From assembly GCA_050633305.1 (NCBI GenBank), contig JBOEGF010000040.1:28540-92539 (forward strand): a stretch of 64,000 nt of DNA, read 5' to 3'. The notes beneath the pieces were generated by a model. It was given only the letters and a program-made list of their open reading frames with translations, had not been told where the DNA came from and ran no database searches. The translations under genes and the position numbers were made by a program. Origin of the DNA: Nannocystales bacterium (GTDB taxonomy: Bacteria > Myxococcota_A > Polyangia > Nannocystales > Nannocystaceae). Positions 10,380 through 20,714 of the stretch are shown piece after piece; within the stretch, counting starts at the first letter, position 1; each line of letters starts with the position of its first letter.

Positions 10380-10900
10380 GGCCCCGAGTCGGCTGAGGAT
10401 TCGGATTGTCACATGCCCGAGACCCAGCGCGAAGATGACGGTCAAGCACTTCGACCGCGCGGGCTCGGGAACGAGAGGCGGACACCGCGAAGCGCCCCCC
10501 TCCTTCACTCGCCGACGGGCTGCAGGTTTCTCCCTCGTCGCTGGTCAGTGCGTAGACCGAGCGATCCATCGGACCGCAGTGCGCATCCACTTTCGACAGC
10601 GCAAGAGTCGCTCGGATTGACGAACACCCCCCGGGTCACCGCCGAGCCCAAGTCAATCGAAGACGCCATCGTCGTCCGGAGCTCCGCAAAAAAGGGCCCG
10701 TTGGGGTTCGTTCGAGCCCGCGAACGTCGACGTCGGCGCTGAGTTCGACGCCTCGGTCCCACGTCGGCTCCCTCGGACGAAGTCCCGCCGACAGAGGCGT
10801 GATGTCACTGCAAGCACCTTGGAGCAGGAAACAACCAAGCCATGAACAGCGCGCTCCCCGAGGTCGACATGACTCTCCTTCGCGCCGCACACGGCTGTTT

Positions 10901-11857
10901 TCAACCGCCAAAGGGCCAGCACAAGCCGAGGTCCGGATGGTCCGGGTTCGGCGTGAGATAGAACGGCTGACAGAGCAACCCGTTCGAGCACGACTGCGGG
11001 TCGGCCGTGTTGCAGTAGGGCACACAACACGGCTCGTCGTCCTCACACAGCGATGCCGGACCTCTGCCGGCTTCGTAGTGCCTCGTGCCATCGGGGCAGG
11101 GCACGAACGCCCGATCCACACAGGCGAACGCATCGTTCGGTGTCCAGGCACAGGTCGCCTCGTCACCGCACTGCGCGGCGAGTGGGTCACAGGGCGGCAA
11201 GCACAGCGGCAGAGCGTCCGAAAAGAGCAAGCAGCTCTCGCTCTCGCTCTCGCATGACGGGTCGAGCAGGGCCCCCGTGCAATACGGCGCGCACACCCCC
11301 TCGAGCGTGTCGGGGTCGACGTCCCAACACATCGACCCGGCGCCACACGAATCGATGCCAGACACGGCACTCGCTTCGGCCGTGCATGGTTCGCCGGGCT
11401 GAGCGGGCTGCTCGACGAGCGGGACACAGCGTGTTGAGTTCCAGACCGAACCGCCGTCGTTCGCCCAGGCTCTGCACGTCTCCCCCTCGTTGCAGTCCTG
11501 GTCGAAGAGGGAGCACTCCGGGAGCGTGCAATGTGCCAACACGCCGTCGGGAAGCCCCGAGTCGCACGAACCGGTCGGATCGATGAACAACCCGTCCCCG
11601 GACTCCGAGCCCGAGCCGTCCGCCGCGCCCATCGTCGAGTCCGAGTCCGAGTCCGAGTCCGAGTCCGAGCCTGCCACCGACGTGCCACCGAGCCCTCCCG
11701 AGGTTCCCACCGGTCCGGAGGGCCCAGATGTGCCCGCAGTCTCCACGCCAGTCCCGCCTGCGCCCGTCGAAGCGTCAGTGCCGGGGGCGATGTCCGTGCA
11801 CCCGGCCACCAGCAAGGCGCAGACAAGGCCATAGGGTTTCGGTGGTCGCACGTGCAT
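10901..11857 (-). CDS. Cys-rich myxobacterial lipoprotein, paralog 3
   Basis: Lipobox LLVAGC, S/T/G linker with an SD dipeptide repeat, CSLFDQDC..GETCRAWANDGGSVWNSTRC, GIDSCG.G.MCW.VDPDTLEG.C. Confidence 0.85.
   Translation of the reverse strand: MHVRPPKPYGLVCALLVAGCTDIAPGTDASTGAGGTGVETAGTSGPSGPVGTSGGLGGTSVAGSDSDSDSDSDSTMGAADGSGSESGDGLFIDPTGSCDSGLPDGVLAHCTLPECSLFDQDCNEGETCRAWANDGGSVWNSTRCVPLVEQPAQPGEPCTAEASAVSGIDSCGAGSMCWDVDPDTLEGVCAPYCTGALLDPSCESESESCLLFSDALPLCLPPCDPLAAQCGDEATCAWTPNDAFACVDRAFVPCPDGTRHYEAGRGPASLCEDDEPCCVPYCNTADPQSCSNGLLCQPFYLTPNPDHPDLGLCWPFGG
11637..11669 (+). repeat. Hexanucleotide microsatellite (GAGTCC)n encoding a Ser-Asp repeat
   Basis: About five tandem GAGTCC units visible in the sequence. 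Confidence 0.85.
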
Positions 11858-11865
11858 GGTTTCGC

Positions 11866-12849
11866 CTAGTTCGCCACGCTGCAGAAACCGAGCGGGTTCA
11901 CTTTTGGAAGGTCCCCTTCGAAGTACGACAGACACTCCGCGTCGGGGCCACAGGAGTCCGGGACGGTGATGTCGCAGAACGCAGTGCAACACGGCAGGTC
12001 GTCGACGCAGCCTTCGATCGCATCGGGGGCTGCCCAGAATGTCCCCGCAGGACACTCCGGATGGAACACATCGAGGTGAACGGGATCGCCTTCGCGGATG
12101 CACACGAAGTCGTCCTCCGATCCCGGGTAGCAGCCGAAACCGTCAGCGCACGCGGACGCGAGTGGGTCGCACGAGGGCAGGCAAAGCGGAAGGACGCCGT
12201 TATTGAACTCGCTGCAACGCTCGTCCACATCGGAGCAGCGGATTCCCCCACCGCCGAAGAAGTCGCAGTATTCGACACACGTGCCCTCCAACGTTTCGGC
12301 GTCGACGTTCCAACACATGAGCCCGATGTCACAGCTGTCGATACCCGAGGCCGCGCTTCCTTCGGACACGCAGGGCTCCCCCCGTTGGCCCGGCTCGGGA
12401 TCCACGGGTCCGCAGCGGGTCGAGTTCCACATCGGAGAGCCGTTGTTCGCCCAAGCCTTGCAGGTCTCCCCCTTTGCACAGTCCTGCGCCTTCGGGTCAC
12501 ACCAGGTGCAGTGCGCCAAGACGCCATCGGGCAGGCCGGCGCCGCACCAACCCCCGTCGGGGTCGATGATGAAACCTCCATCGTCACTCGAGCTGCCCCA
12601 CGTGCCGCTGGTGGTGCTGCCCGAGGTCCCCGGTGGAGTCCCGGTCGGGTCGGGTGGCACTCCGGTCGTCGGGGGCATCGGAGTCCCGCTGGTGGAAGGG
12701 TCGGGTACGTCGCCTGACGCCGACCCCGGCGCATTCGACGAGGTCGATCCCCCGGAGGGGTCGTCCTCGGCAACCACGGGCCGGCAACCCAGCGCCGCGA
12801 CACAGAGTCCCAACAGGGCGAGGTTCGTGAACTGACTTCGAGAGGACAT
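11866..12849 (-). CDS. Cys-rich myxobacterial lipoprotein, paralog 2
   Basis: Lipobox AALGC; CDPKAQDCAKGETCKAWANNGSPMWNSTRC; same Cys spacing as its neighbours. Confidence 0.85.
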   Translation of the reverse strand: MSSRSQFTNLALLGLCVAALGCRPVVAEDDPSGGSTSSNAPGSASGDVPDPSTSGTPMPPTTGVPPDPTGTPPGTSGSTTSGTWGSSSDDGGFIIDPDGGWCGAGLPDGVLAHCTWCDPKAQDCAKGETCKAWANNGSPMWNSTRCGPVDPEPGQRGEPCVSEGSAASGIDSCDIGLMCWNVDAETLEGTCVEYCDFFGGGGIRCSDVDERCSEFNNGVLPLCLPSCDPLASACADGFGCYPGSEDDFVCIREGDPVHLDVFHPECPAGTFWAAPDAIEGCVDDLPCCTAFCDITVPDSCGPDAECLSYFEGDLPKVNPLGFCSVAN

Positions 12850-12854
12850 GGGAC

Positions 12855-13814
12855 TCAGTCGGCAACGCTGCAGTAGCCAAGCGGGTTGTAGATCTGCATC
12901 GTCGGTTCGAAGTACGGCACGCACTCCACATCGGGGCCGCAGGCCTCGGGGTCCTCCACGTGGCAGTAGGAGGTGCAACACGGCTCATCGTCGACGCAAC
13001 CCTGCACCGCCTCCGCGCTCGCCCAGAACGACCCCGGTGCACACTGCGGATGAGAGACTTCGCCGAGTTCCACCCCCGCGCCCTCTCGCAGACACACGAA
13101 AGTCTGCTCGGAGCCCGGGTAGCACCCGAACCCCTCGTTGCAGTCGGGCACGAGCGGATCGCACCAGGGCAGACACACCGCGACGTTATCGTCGTTGGCC
13201 ACCATGCAGGTCTCGTTGGCGTCGGCACAGGCGGGGTCGTCCGCGCTCCCGCTGCACAGCTGCGCGCAGGTGCCCAGAAGCGTGTCCGGATCGACGCCCC
13301 AGCACATCAGCCCGACATCACAGCTGTCGACACCCGAAACAGCACTGCCCTCGACACTGCACACCTCGCCCACCTGTTCCGCGTCCGGGTCCGCAAAGAC
13401 GGGAACGCATCTTCGCGCGTTCCAGGCTTCGCCACCGTCGTTGGCCCAAGGTCGACACGCCTCGCCTTCAGGACAGTTTTGCTCGAATGTGCTGCACTCG
13501 AGGCCCACCCCGCAGTGCGCGAGGTAGCCGTCCTCCAGCCCGGCGCCGCACCCCGAAGTGGAACCTAGGAAACCACCGCCATCATCCAGACCGTCGTCGC
13601 CGGACGACGGGAGTCCCGTATCGACGGACGTCGTCGCCTCCCACGGGCCCCCGGATGTCGAACTCCCAGCCGTGTAAACCCCGCTCGTGGGCGAGATCAA
13701 AGTGTCCCCCGCAGAGCCCGTGCTGCCGGCTTCAGTCGATGGGTCCGCTGAGACCACCGGACCGCAACCGATCACCACAACGAGTACCAAGGGTATGGGT
13801 TTGAGATCCTGCAT
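12855..13814 (-). CDS. Cys-rich myxobacterial lipoprotein, paralog 1
   Basis: Lipobox VVIGC; CSTFEQNCPEGEACRPWANDGGEAWNARRC. Confidence 0.85.
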   Translation of the reverse strand: MQDLKPIPLVLVVVIGCGPVVSADPSTEAGSTGSAGDTLISPTSGVYTAGSSTSGGPWEATTSVDTGLPSSGDDGLDDGGGFLGSTSGCGAGLEDGYLAHCGVGLECSTFEQNCPEGEACRPWANDGGEAWNARRCVPVFADPDAEQVGEVCSVEGSAVSGVDSCDVGLMCWGVDPDTLLGTCAQLCSGSADDPACADANETCMVANDDNVAVCLPWCDPLVPDCNEGFGCYPGSEQTFVCLREGAGVELGEVSHPQCAPGSFWASAEAVQGCVDDEPCCTSYCHVEDPEACGPDVECVPYFEPTMQIYNPLGYCSVAD

Positions 13815-13818
13815 CGCC

Positions 13819-13985
13819 TCAGCTCGCGACGTCGCAGTGGCCGACTGCGGCCTGTTCGGGCTGTGGGTCGTCCAAGTACGGCAGGCACTCCACGTCGCTC
13901 CAGGCCTGAGGATCGTTCACTTCGCAGAAGGAGGCACGGTCGTCCTCGGGGCACCTTGCGACGCCATCATCGGGACCCGTAGCCG
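13819..13985 (-). pseudogene. 3' remnant of a fourth Cys-rich paralog
   Basis: ASFCEVNDPQAWSDVECLPYLDDPQPEQAAVGHC matches the paralog C-terminus TSYCHVEDPEACGPDVECVPYF...LGYC. Confidence 0.75.
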
Positions 13986-14189
13986 CCCGGGGCCAAGCCA
14001 GCACACGCATATCCAAAGCTAACTTATCCACTATTCCTGTCAAGAGGTTCCGGCGCGACCCGCGAAAAAGGGCCCTCGACCCGAGCAGGCGCTCTCGAGG
14101 GTTCTCAGGCACCACAGGAACAGTCCCGCGTACGGCCCGTTGGGCCCGGGTCCAGCCATCCCGTCGGACGAATGGCGCTCACAGGAGAG

Positions 14190-15899
14190 TCACACGCAGA
14201 CTTGACCGAGCGGCACAGCCAACTCGCAGGTCACCCGCACCGTCGTTCCGGCGGGGACCGGCGCGTCGTTGCGACGCTCGACGACAAACTCCAAGATGGC
14301 GCCGAGGGTCGTGCACTGTGTCGAGAGGTCGTCCAAGGGCGTGGCGGTGGCCCCTGTTTCGTCCGTCAGCCGTCGAAAGCATGCATTCGCCTCCTCGGAG
14401 GGGAACGACCAGGTGTCCCCATCGATGACGCAGGCCTGCACCGTGACGTCGGGCATTCCGTCACCAAACTGCTCAACGACGGAGCAGGTGGGTTGCAGTC
14501 CCGGGATGTCTTGGTCGCTGTCGGCGACGCACCCGCCGACGCACGCACGCTCGCTGATCTCCCCGATGGACCCGGCGATGTCGGCCAGCGCGACGCCATA
14601 GTCAGGGGAGCAGATGGAGAACATGTTGCGCGTCTCGTTGGCAAAGGCCTCGGCAAACTCGCGCAACCGCACCGGGGGGATACCGGGAGGACTCAGGACG
14701 GTCTCAGTACCCACCCCGCACCCGGGGCCGATTCCATATTGCCCGTTGAACTCCGGCAACGCCGAGTCCGCGTAGAAGTGCTCGCCGGTCTGGGGGTGGC
14801 CCAATGGCACGCCGCCCAGCAGCGCGACGAAGACCTCTCCCTGTCCGCCGGCCGCTTGCTTCTGTTCGGCGAGGTCGCGCAAGGTGTCGACATATCGGTC
14901 GACGGGGAACAACACCGCTTCATCTTCAACCTCGGTCTCCAGCCCGTCCCGGTCGAAGTCGACGGCCTCGCAGTCGTCGTATACGCCGGGTCCGCCCGCA
15001 CACCGAACGCCGGCGCCCCAGCATGCGCCCGAGGTCGCGGCCGTCGGGTCGCTCCAGAACACTGATCCGAAGTCGCGCAGCCAGTTGTGGTTGTCGAGGG
15101 TGGCGGAGCAGTCGGCCTCGTCGGTGACGAACACGACAGCCAACAGGGCATCGGGTCGAAAGAACCCTGGGGCGTCGTTGACGATCGCGCGGCGCATCGA
15201 CTCGAGCGGTGCCTCAAAGCCGGGGCCGTTGATCCCCTGAGGGCCGATGCACTGCAAGGCCTCCGTGAGGCTCACGCCTGGCGGCAGGTTGGTCGACCCG
15301 TTGCTCTTCTCAACCCACGGGTCCGGCAAGTCGATGCTGTCGAGCTCGCAGACATCCAAGCATCCGCGTTGGCGCTCATCGATCATTCCGAGCGCGCCAC
15401 TGAAGATGAACTCGGGCAGTCGGGACCGGCAGCTTGTCGCGCGTATCGATCCGCTGCCGTCGGTCGTGGCGACGCCGATTCGGTAGTTCGCGCCAACTTG
15501 CTGCGATTCCAAAACGTCGATGAACGAGGCAAAGCTCGCGGACAAGGTGCCTTGCTCGTCGCCCATGGACCCGGAGTTGTCGACGACGAACAGGACGTCG
15601 ACGGCACGCCGCAGCGTCACATCCACCAAGCACAGCTCCGGCGTGTCCTCGCAGTTGAGCGCTCCGGTCGAGGTGCTGGCGTCCGTCGTTTCCCCTGTGC
15701 CGCTGGTGTCACCGGGGGAGGAGGTGACCGAGTGGCTGTCGTCGGTGTCCCCGCTCGACCGAGTCCCATCGCCGGTCGCGCCGACCGTCGCACTCGCGCC
15801 GTTCCCCCCCGTCGCCCCCGCGAAGACTCCCGTAGGCGTGCGACCGCACCCAAGTCCGAGCAGGGGGGAGAGAGCCAGGAACGCTGCCAAGGACCGCAC
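14190..15899 (-). CDS. VWA-domain lipoprotein
   Basis: Lipobox LGLGC, T/S linker, MIDAS motif VDVLFVVDNSGSM, RIGVATTD, FRPDALLAVVFVTDEADCS. GTG start inferred. Confidence 0.88.
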   Translation of the reverse strand: MRSLAAFLALSPLLGLGCGRTPTGVFAGATGGNGASATVGATGDGTRSSGDTDDSHSVTSSPGDTSGTGETTDASTSTGALNCEDTPELCLVDVTLRRAVDVLFVVDNSGSMGDEQGTLSASFASFIDVLESQQVGANYRIGVATTDGSGSIRATSCRSRLPEFIFSGALGMIDERQRGCLDVCELDSIDLPDPWVEKSNGSTNLPPGVSLTEALQCIGPQGINGPGFEAPLESMRRAIVNDAPGFFRPDALLAVVFVTDEADCSATLDNHNWLRDFGSVFWSDPTAATSGACWGAGVRCAGGPGVYDDCEAVDFDRDGLETEVEDEAVLFPVDRYVDTLRDLAEQKQAAGGQGEVFVALLGGVPLGHPQTGEHFYADSALPEFNGQYGIGPGCGVGTETVLSPPGIPPVRLREFAEAFANETRNMFSICSPDYGVALADIAGSIGEISERACVGGCVADSDQDIPGLQPTCSVVEQFGDGMPDVTVQACVIDGDTWSFPSEEANACFRRLTDETGATATPLDDLSTQCTTLGAILEFVVERRNDAPVPAGTTVRVTCELAVPLGQVCV

Positions 15900-16405
15900 G
15901 AAACACCTTCCAAGCCGTGCGCGAGTGGGGGCGCGCGACAGCGCACACGGGCGCCGCGATGCAACGGTAGTCGCGGCTGGCCAGGAGTACAAGCGATCTG
16001 GGTTTTTTTGGGCGGCCGCGAGCTCCACAGGACTCTCTACGAAGTTCGCCGGGCGCTCGGGGCGGAAGTGCGAACATGGTAGGTGGATTTCAACAGGGTC
16101 GCTCTTCAACCACTGTGTTTCGACCCGCTTACACGCAGGGTACTTTGAACACGAGTGTGAACCGAAGAACTGAGGTGGCGAATGGTGACGGTATATGAAA
16201 CGTTGGGCCTCCGGAGGTGGTCGGCTGCGGGGCCCCTTTCGCCCCCTATGCCTCCGGTCTCCCACGCCCAGTCCTTATTCACCCCCCTGCTGGCCCGCTC
16301 CCCTTGGACCGCGCTCGCTGCCCGCCTGCCCTACTCATCCGCTCCTAATCGCTGCCGAGCATCTCCGCGGCCTTCTCTGCGCCAGCACCCTCGCGCCCGA
16401 GCGCC

Positions 16406-16957
16406 ATGTCGGCGCCCATGCGTACACCGGACTCGGCAAAGCGCCGCAGCCGCCCCAGACGCCCCTCCGCGGGCTTGTTGGACTTGGCCAACACGCGGGT
16501 CGTCTACCGCCGGTCTGGAGAGCGCCTCGCTGTCCGTGAAGAGCTGCGGGTGTACGATCCTGCCATGTGCAGGCTCTCCGAGCGGATCGTACTGTGTTCT
16601 TGCGATGGCGAGACCCTCGCGGATCCAGACTGGATTCTCGAGCGTCAGGACCTGTCCATCCCGGTCTCGCATCGCCGCGGTCGCGCGATGATGCCGCGCT
16701 TCAACGCAGACGAGCAGAGCTGTATCGATGCGATTCGCGTCGCGCTCGACGCGGGGGAGGCGTTCGACTTCGAGTACAGCCCGCAGGAAGGGGATGTGTT
16801 GCGATTGGGCGGGGTGTTGGTGGACGGGGCCGCTCAGCGCCGCAACGTTCGCTTCCGCGTTGTCAAAGGTCGCTGGCAACACGACCGCAGCACGGGGCTG
16901 GCAGGCTGGCGGGTACAGATGGTCGAGCAGAGACGTGGAGAGCTCGCCGGGCGCTGA
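16406..16957 (+). CDS. Hypothetical protein
   Basis: 183-aa ORF with normal globular composition; no motif recognised. Confidence 0.6.
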   Translation: MSAPMRTPDSAKRRSRPRRPSAGLLDLANTRVVYRRSGERLAVREELRVYDPAMCRLSERIVLCSCDGETLADPDWILERQDLSIPVSHRRGRAMMPRFNADEQSCIDAIRVALDAGEAFDFEYSPQEGDVLRLGGVLVDGAAQRRNVRFRVVKGRWQHDRSTGLAGWRVQMVEQRRGELAGR

Positions 16958-17102
16958 GAGCCTTGGTTCGCGAAGTCCTGCTGGTCCCCGGTCCGTGGAC
17001 GTCCGCAGCCGCGGTACAAGAACACCTCGCCCCGGGCTGGGATCCAAACCCAGCTGTGGAGCAAGCCGTTCGGCCCACCGCCGAAAACGCCCCCAACCGG
17101 AG

Positions 17103-19433
17103 CTATCTGGCGACAAGAAGCACGACGCTGCGATCGGCGACGAGGATCTGCCCGCCCGATGTTGTCTGAGCTGCAGGCTCGGCCACAGGTTGTGCGACAT
17201 TCGTGTCAGCTGCGAGGTACCACTGAGTCCCCGCGGGTGGGGGAGGCAGGTTCGCCGTGATCGAGCCTCCCCAGCCGTTGTAGCCCAAGTAGATCGCGTC
17301 CGCGGTCTCGCCTTCGACCCCGGCGGTGGGCAACAGCATTCCGACGTAGTGGAATGATGTGTTGGTCCGATAGCTATCGTCCATGTCGAGCCCGCTGTCA
17401 TCGAGCCAGCGCGCATCGAGGTAGAAATCGCCGTTGCGTGCGATCGCAGGGTGCCGGGCTCGAAAAGAGGTCATCGAGCGCACGAAATCGACGAAGTCGG
17501 ACTCTGTTTGTGTCTGCTCCCAGTCGAGCCAGTTGGCGGGCGAGTCAATGTTGTAGGGGTTGTTGTTGCATTGAAGCGTGCGCAGGAACTCGTCGCCCCC
17601 GTTGAGCATGGGTACCCCCGCCGCACTCATGAGTAGAGCGACACCCGAGCGGGCCACCTTTCGACGTGCAAACGCGTCGCCCCAGTCGCGCGAGTCGTTC
17701 TGGTCAGAGCCCCCGTCCGAGGGTCCGTAGGGCCATTTTTGGTCGTTGGCCTTGTCGTCGCAGGCGTACAGGTCGTGCAGTGTGAAACCGTCGTGTGCGA
17801 CCAAGAAATTGAGCGACGCCACGGGACCTCTCCCGTCGTCTGCGTAGAGGTCAGGGCTTCCTTGCAGTCTGCGGATGATGTCGCCTGGGGATACGTTCTC
17901 GTCGTCGTAGCGGTTTTGGTCTCGTCGAATGATGTCGCGGAACTGGCCGTTCCACTCTGACCACCCCTGCGGGAAATTGCCGATCTGATAGGTCCCAGGG
18001 CCGATCCCCCAAGGCTCGGCCAGCAAGTCCACGCCCGCTCCACCCCTGGCGTCACGGGCCGTCAGGGCAATGTCGCTGAGCAGTCCCGTGCCGCTAAAAC
18101 TGAAGCAGTCGGTCTCGCAACTGTTGCCCAGTACCGACGCGAGGTCAAAACGGAACCCGTCCACGCCCAGCACTTCGTGGGCATAGCGCAGCGACTCGAG
18201 GATCAACCGCTGGGTCGGTTCGCGGGCCACGTTGAGGTTGGGGCCCACCCCCGAGTTGTTGACGTAGCCAAGCCCACCATCGGCGGTCTCGTAGTAGTTG
18301 GCGTTGTCGAGGCCTCGCATCGAGAAGATCGCCGCGGTGTCAGGGCTTCCCCAGGTGTCGGTTTCAACCGAGTGGTTGTAGACCACATCGATGAACACCT
18401 TGATCCCCGCCGCGTGAAACGCTTCGGCCATTTCGCGAAACTCTCGGGTGGGGCCGCCTGGGGACTTGTCGCACGCATAACGACGGTCGGGGGCAAAGTA
18501 GTTGATGGTCGAATATCCCCAGTGATTGTCGTCGCCATTGACCAGGTCGTTTCGGTCGTTGTCGGTCTCGTGAATCGGGAGAAACTCGATTGCTGTGAAC
18601 CCAACATTCGCGAGGTGCTCGGCCTTGCTCGCAGCAGCGGCATAGGTCCCGCGACACCCTTCGTCGAGTGAGGTGTCCGCGAACGTGAGGCCACGAACAT
18701 GCACCTCGTACACAACGTCTTCGGTGAATGGACGCTCGGGCCCAGCAGGCAGGGCTGGAAGATCGACGAGGGCGATGCTCTTCGGCACCCGCTGCGCAGA
18801 ATCGATCAGCCTGTAGTCGGGGCCTGATGCGTAGACATCGTAGCCGCCGTGCTCCACCGACTGCGGGTCGTGGCTGATCTCGCGCGCATAGGGATCGATG
18901 AGCAGCTTGTTGGGGTTGAAGCGATTGCCATCGCTGTCGACATCCGCAACGAAGCCGGCGATCGAGCCTGGCTCCCACGTTGGGTCGTACGGCCAGTTGG
19001 GGCCCCAGGCTCGAAAACCGTAGTAGATTGTCTCGAGCCCAGCGTCCTGCAGCTCCTCTTCGCCAAACGCGGTGCTCCAGTTTCCTCGACCGTCGTTCTC
19101 GAGGGATGCGGTGAGCACCGGGGTCCCGTCGTGTGCTTCGGCAAAGATCCAAACTTCAACTCGCGTTGCCGCGCCAGAGTAGACCTCGACTTCCCACGCT
19201 TCGAAGGGTTGGGATCCCGTTGAGGATCCAGTGCCGTCGGTGTCTCCCGTTCCACCCGTCCCGCCGGGCGTGGATGAAGTGGAAGTGGAAGGAGCTGGGA
19301 TGGTGGTCGCCGAGGTTTGACCCGTGGTTCCTGCCTCGGAATTCGTGCTCAGGCCAGTCCCATCATCCCCGCATCCCAGCAGGACAACGAGAGCCGGAAG
19401 ACACACCACCCAACCTGCGAACGACCGACGCAC
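17103..19433 (-). CDS. Isoamylase / glycogen debranching enzyme (GH13), lipoprotein-anchored
   Basis: YGFRAWGPNWPY, FNPNKLLIDPYA, YEVHVRGLT, IDVVYNH, DGFRFDLAS, AEPW, FLVAHDGFTL; N-terminal LVVLLGC lipobox and Thr/Ser linker. Confidence 0.95.
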   Translation of the reverse strand: MRRSFAGWVVCLPALVVLLGCGDDGTGLSTNSEAGTTGQTSATTIPAPSTSTSSTPGGTGGTGDTDGTGSSTGSQPFEAWEVEVYSGAATRVEVWIFAEAHDGTPVLTASLENDGRGNWSTAFGEEELQDAGLETIYYGFRAWGPNWPYDPTWEPGSIAGFVADVDSDGNRFNPNKLLIDPYAREISHDPQSVEHGGYDVYASGPDYRLIDSAQRVPKSIALVDLPALPAGPERPFTEDVVYEVHVRGLTFADTSLDEGCRGTYAAAASKAEHLANVGFTAIEFLPIHETDNDRNDLVNGDDNHWGYSTINYFAPDRRYACDKSPGGPTREFREMAEAFHAAGIKVFIDVVYNHSVETDTWGSPDTAAIFSMRGLDNANYYETADGGLGYVNNSGVGPNLNVAREPTQRLILESLRYAHEVLGVDGFRFDLASVLGNSCETDCFSFSGTGLLSDIALTARDARGGAGVDLLAEPWGIGPGTYQIGNFPQGWSEWNGQFRDIIRRDQNRYDDENVSPGDIIRRLQGSPDLYADDGRGPVASLNFLVAHDGFTLHDLYACDDKANDQKWPYGPSDGGSDQNDSRDWGDAFARRKVARSGVALLMSAAGVPMLNGGDEFLRTLQCNNNPYNIDSPANWLDWEQTQTESDFVDFVRSMTSFRARHPAIARNGDFYLDARWLDDSGLDMDDSYRTNTSFHYVGMLLPTAGVEGETADAIYLGYNGWGGSITANLPPPPAGTQWYLAADTNVAQPVAEPAAQTTSGGQILVADRSVVLLVAR

Positions 19434-19715
19434 CGTGGCATCTTCTCCAATCGATCCGGCACCGTCCACGGACGATCACCAGTCTGGAAGTCGTGTGCAG
19501 ACAGGCGTGTCAGCGAAATGGAGCCGGTCGCTCATCGCATCAAGGGTGCATGCTGCGGCGGGGTCGACCTGTTCGTAGCACGAGCGCGTTCCACCCCGCG
19601 AAGCCCAGAATGGCGACGAACGGAAGCAGCATCCGGTCTGGCTCCAGGTCGAGTGTCGTGTGCTCGCTTCGAGCCGCGAGCACGGCCAGTGCGAGGAGGA
19701 GGAAGCCGAGACTCA

Positions 19716-20234
19716 ATGTACGCCCACGAGCTCGTGCACGCCATCGCCTATGACGACTTGGTGGGCCCGGCGGTGGAGGACATCGAGAACTCTGGCTTCT
19801 ACTTGGAGGGCTGGGCGGAGTACGTGGCGCTGCAGGTCGATCCAGGCAAGACCGGGTTCTCGCTCTTTGGCTTTGATGAGGACGTGGTCGTCGGCCACTG
19901 GCTGCTGGAGGGCGGGCCCACGCTGGCGGACTATCGCGAGCGGCATGAGGAGCTGAGCCTGCGCTGCCAGGGGCAGTCCTACATCCTGCGGGCGTCATGG
20001 TTCCGCTACGTGAGTGAGGAGCTGGGGCGGGAGGTCTTGTTGGACCTGGCGGCCGGACGTGAAGGCTGGGACCGGGAGGCCGTCGAGGCCGTGCTGGGGG
20101 CGTCCCTCGAGCAGGTCGACGCCGACTGGGAAGCGTGGGCGACCGCCCGCTACGAAGCGTACCCCAACGCCGACGCCGAGGCAGAAGCCTACCGTACGCA
20201 GAAGATGGCCTGGTACGAGCCATGCCTGGAATGA
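19716..20234 (+). pseudogene. 5'-truncated HExxH (gluzincin-like) peptidase fragment
   Basis: The coding-like sequence begins at MYAHELVHA and later has YLEGWAEYVA; upstream sequence does not look coding. Confidence 0.55.
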
Positions 20235-20290
20235 CGAGTCTGTCAGAACAGCCTTCGTGCATGAACAACGTCGCGCCTTGTCGAGACTCC

Positions 20291-20560
20291 ATGTCCACAG
20301 CCGACCAGGTTCACGAAGGCTTTGTCCATGCGACTTCGCGACGCTTGCTGGCGGCAATCTGTGATGCTGGCGTGTTTTGGGTGTGCGCACTGCCGGGCGT
20401 CGCCGTGGGGATGGATGTTCTGCTGACGGATCTCCACTACACCTACATGGGGGAGCGGATCGACCCTTGCCTGGGTCCACACTCGGATGTTGCGGCCGTC
20501 GGCCTGTTGATCCTCGGGGGGGCACATTGCAGCCGAGCTTCGTGGTGCTCGCACGGCCCC
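20291..20560 (+). pseudogene. RDD-family membrane protein N-terminal fragment
   Basis: ATSRRLLAAICDAGVFWV is RDD-like; the frame degrades at the 20567 repeat. Confidence 0.45.
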
Positions 20561-20566
20561 CACGGC

Positions 20567-20627
20567 CCGAGCCTCGCGGACAGTTGCCCTTGTTCTCGCT
20601 TCCCTGACGAGGGTCCCGGCCAACGAA
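20567..20627 (+). repeat. 61-bp direct repeat, copy 1
   Basis: CCGAGCCTCGCGGACAG...CCCTTGTTCTCGCT.CCCTGA.GAG.GTCCCGGCCAACGAA, near-identical to 21517-21577. Confidence 0.9.
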
Positions 20628-20714
20628 TGCGAGCCTGCCTCTGACCTCCCTCTTCATTTCGCCCAACCGCCGGCGTTCCAATCGCTGGGCGAGTCGGCAG
20701 ACGTCGAAGCCTAT

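Noticed and set aside
10901..13814. Enzymatic annotation (e.g. epimerase) for the Cys-rich paralogs
   Set aside because: No catalytic motifs; lipobox, linker and disulfide-rich pattern indicate surface proteins.
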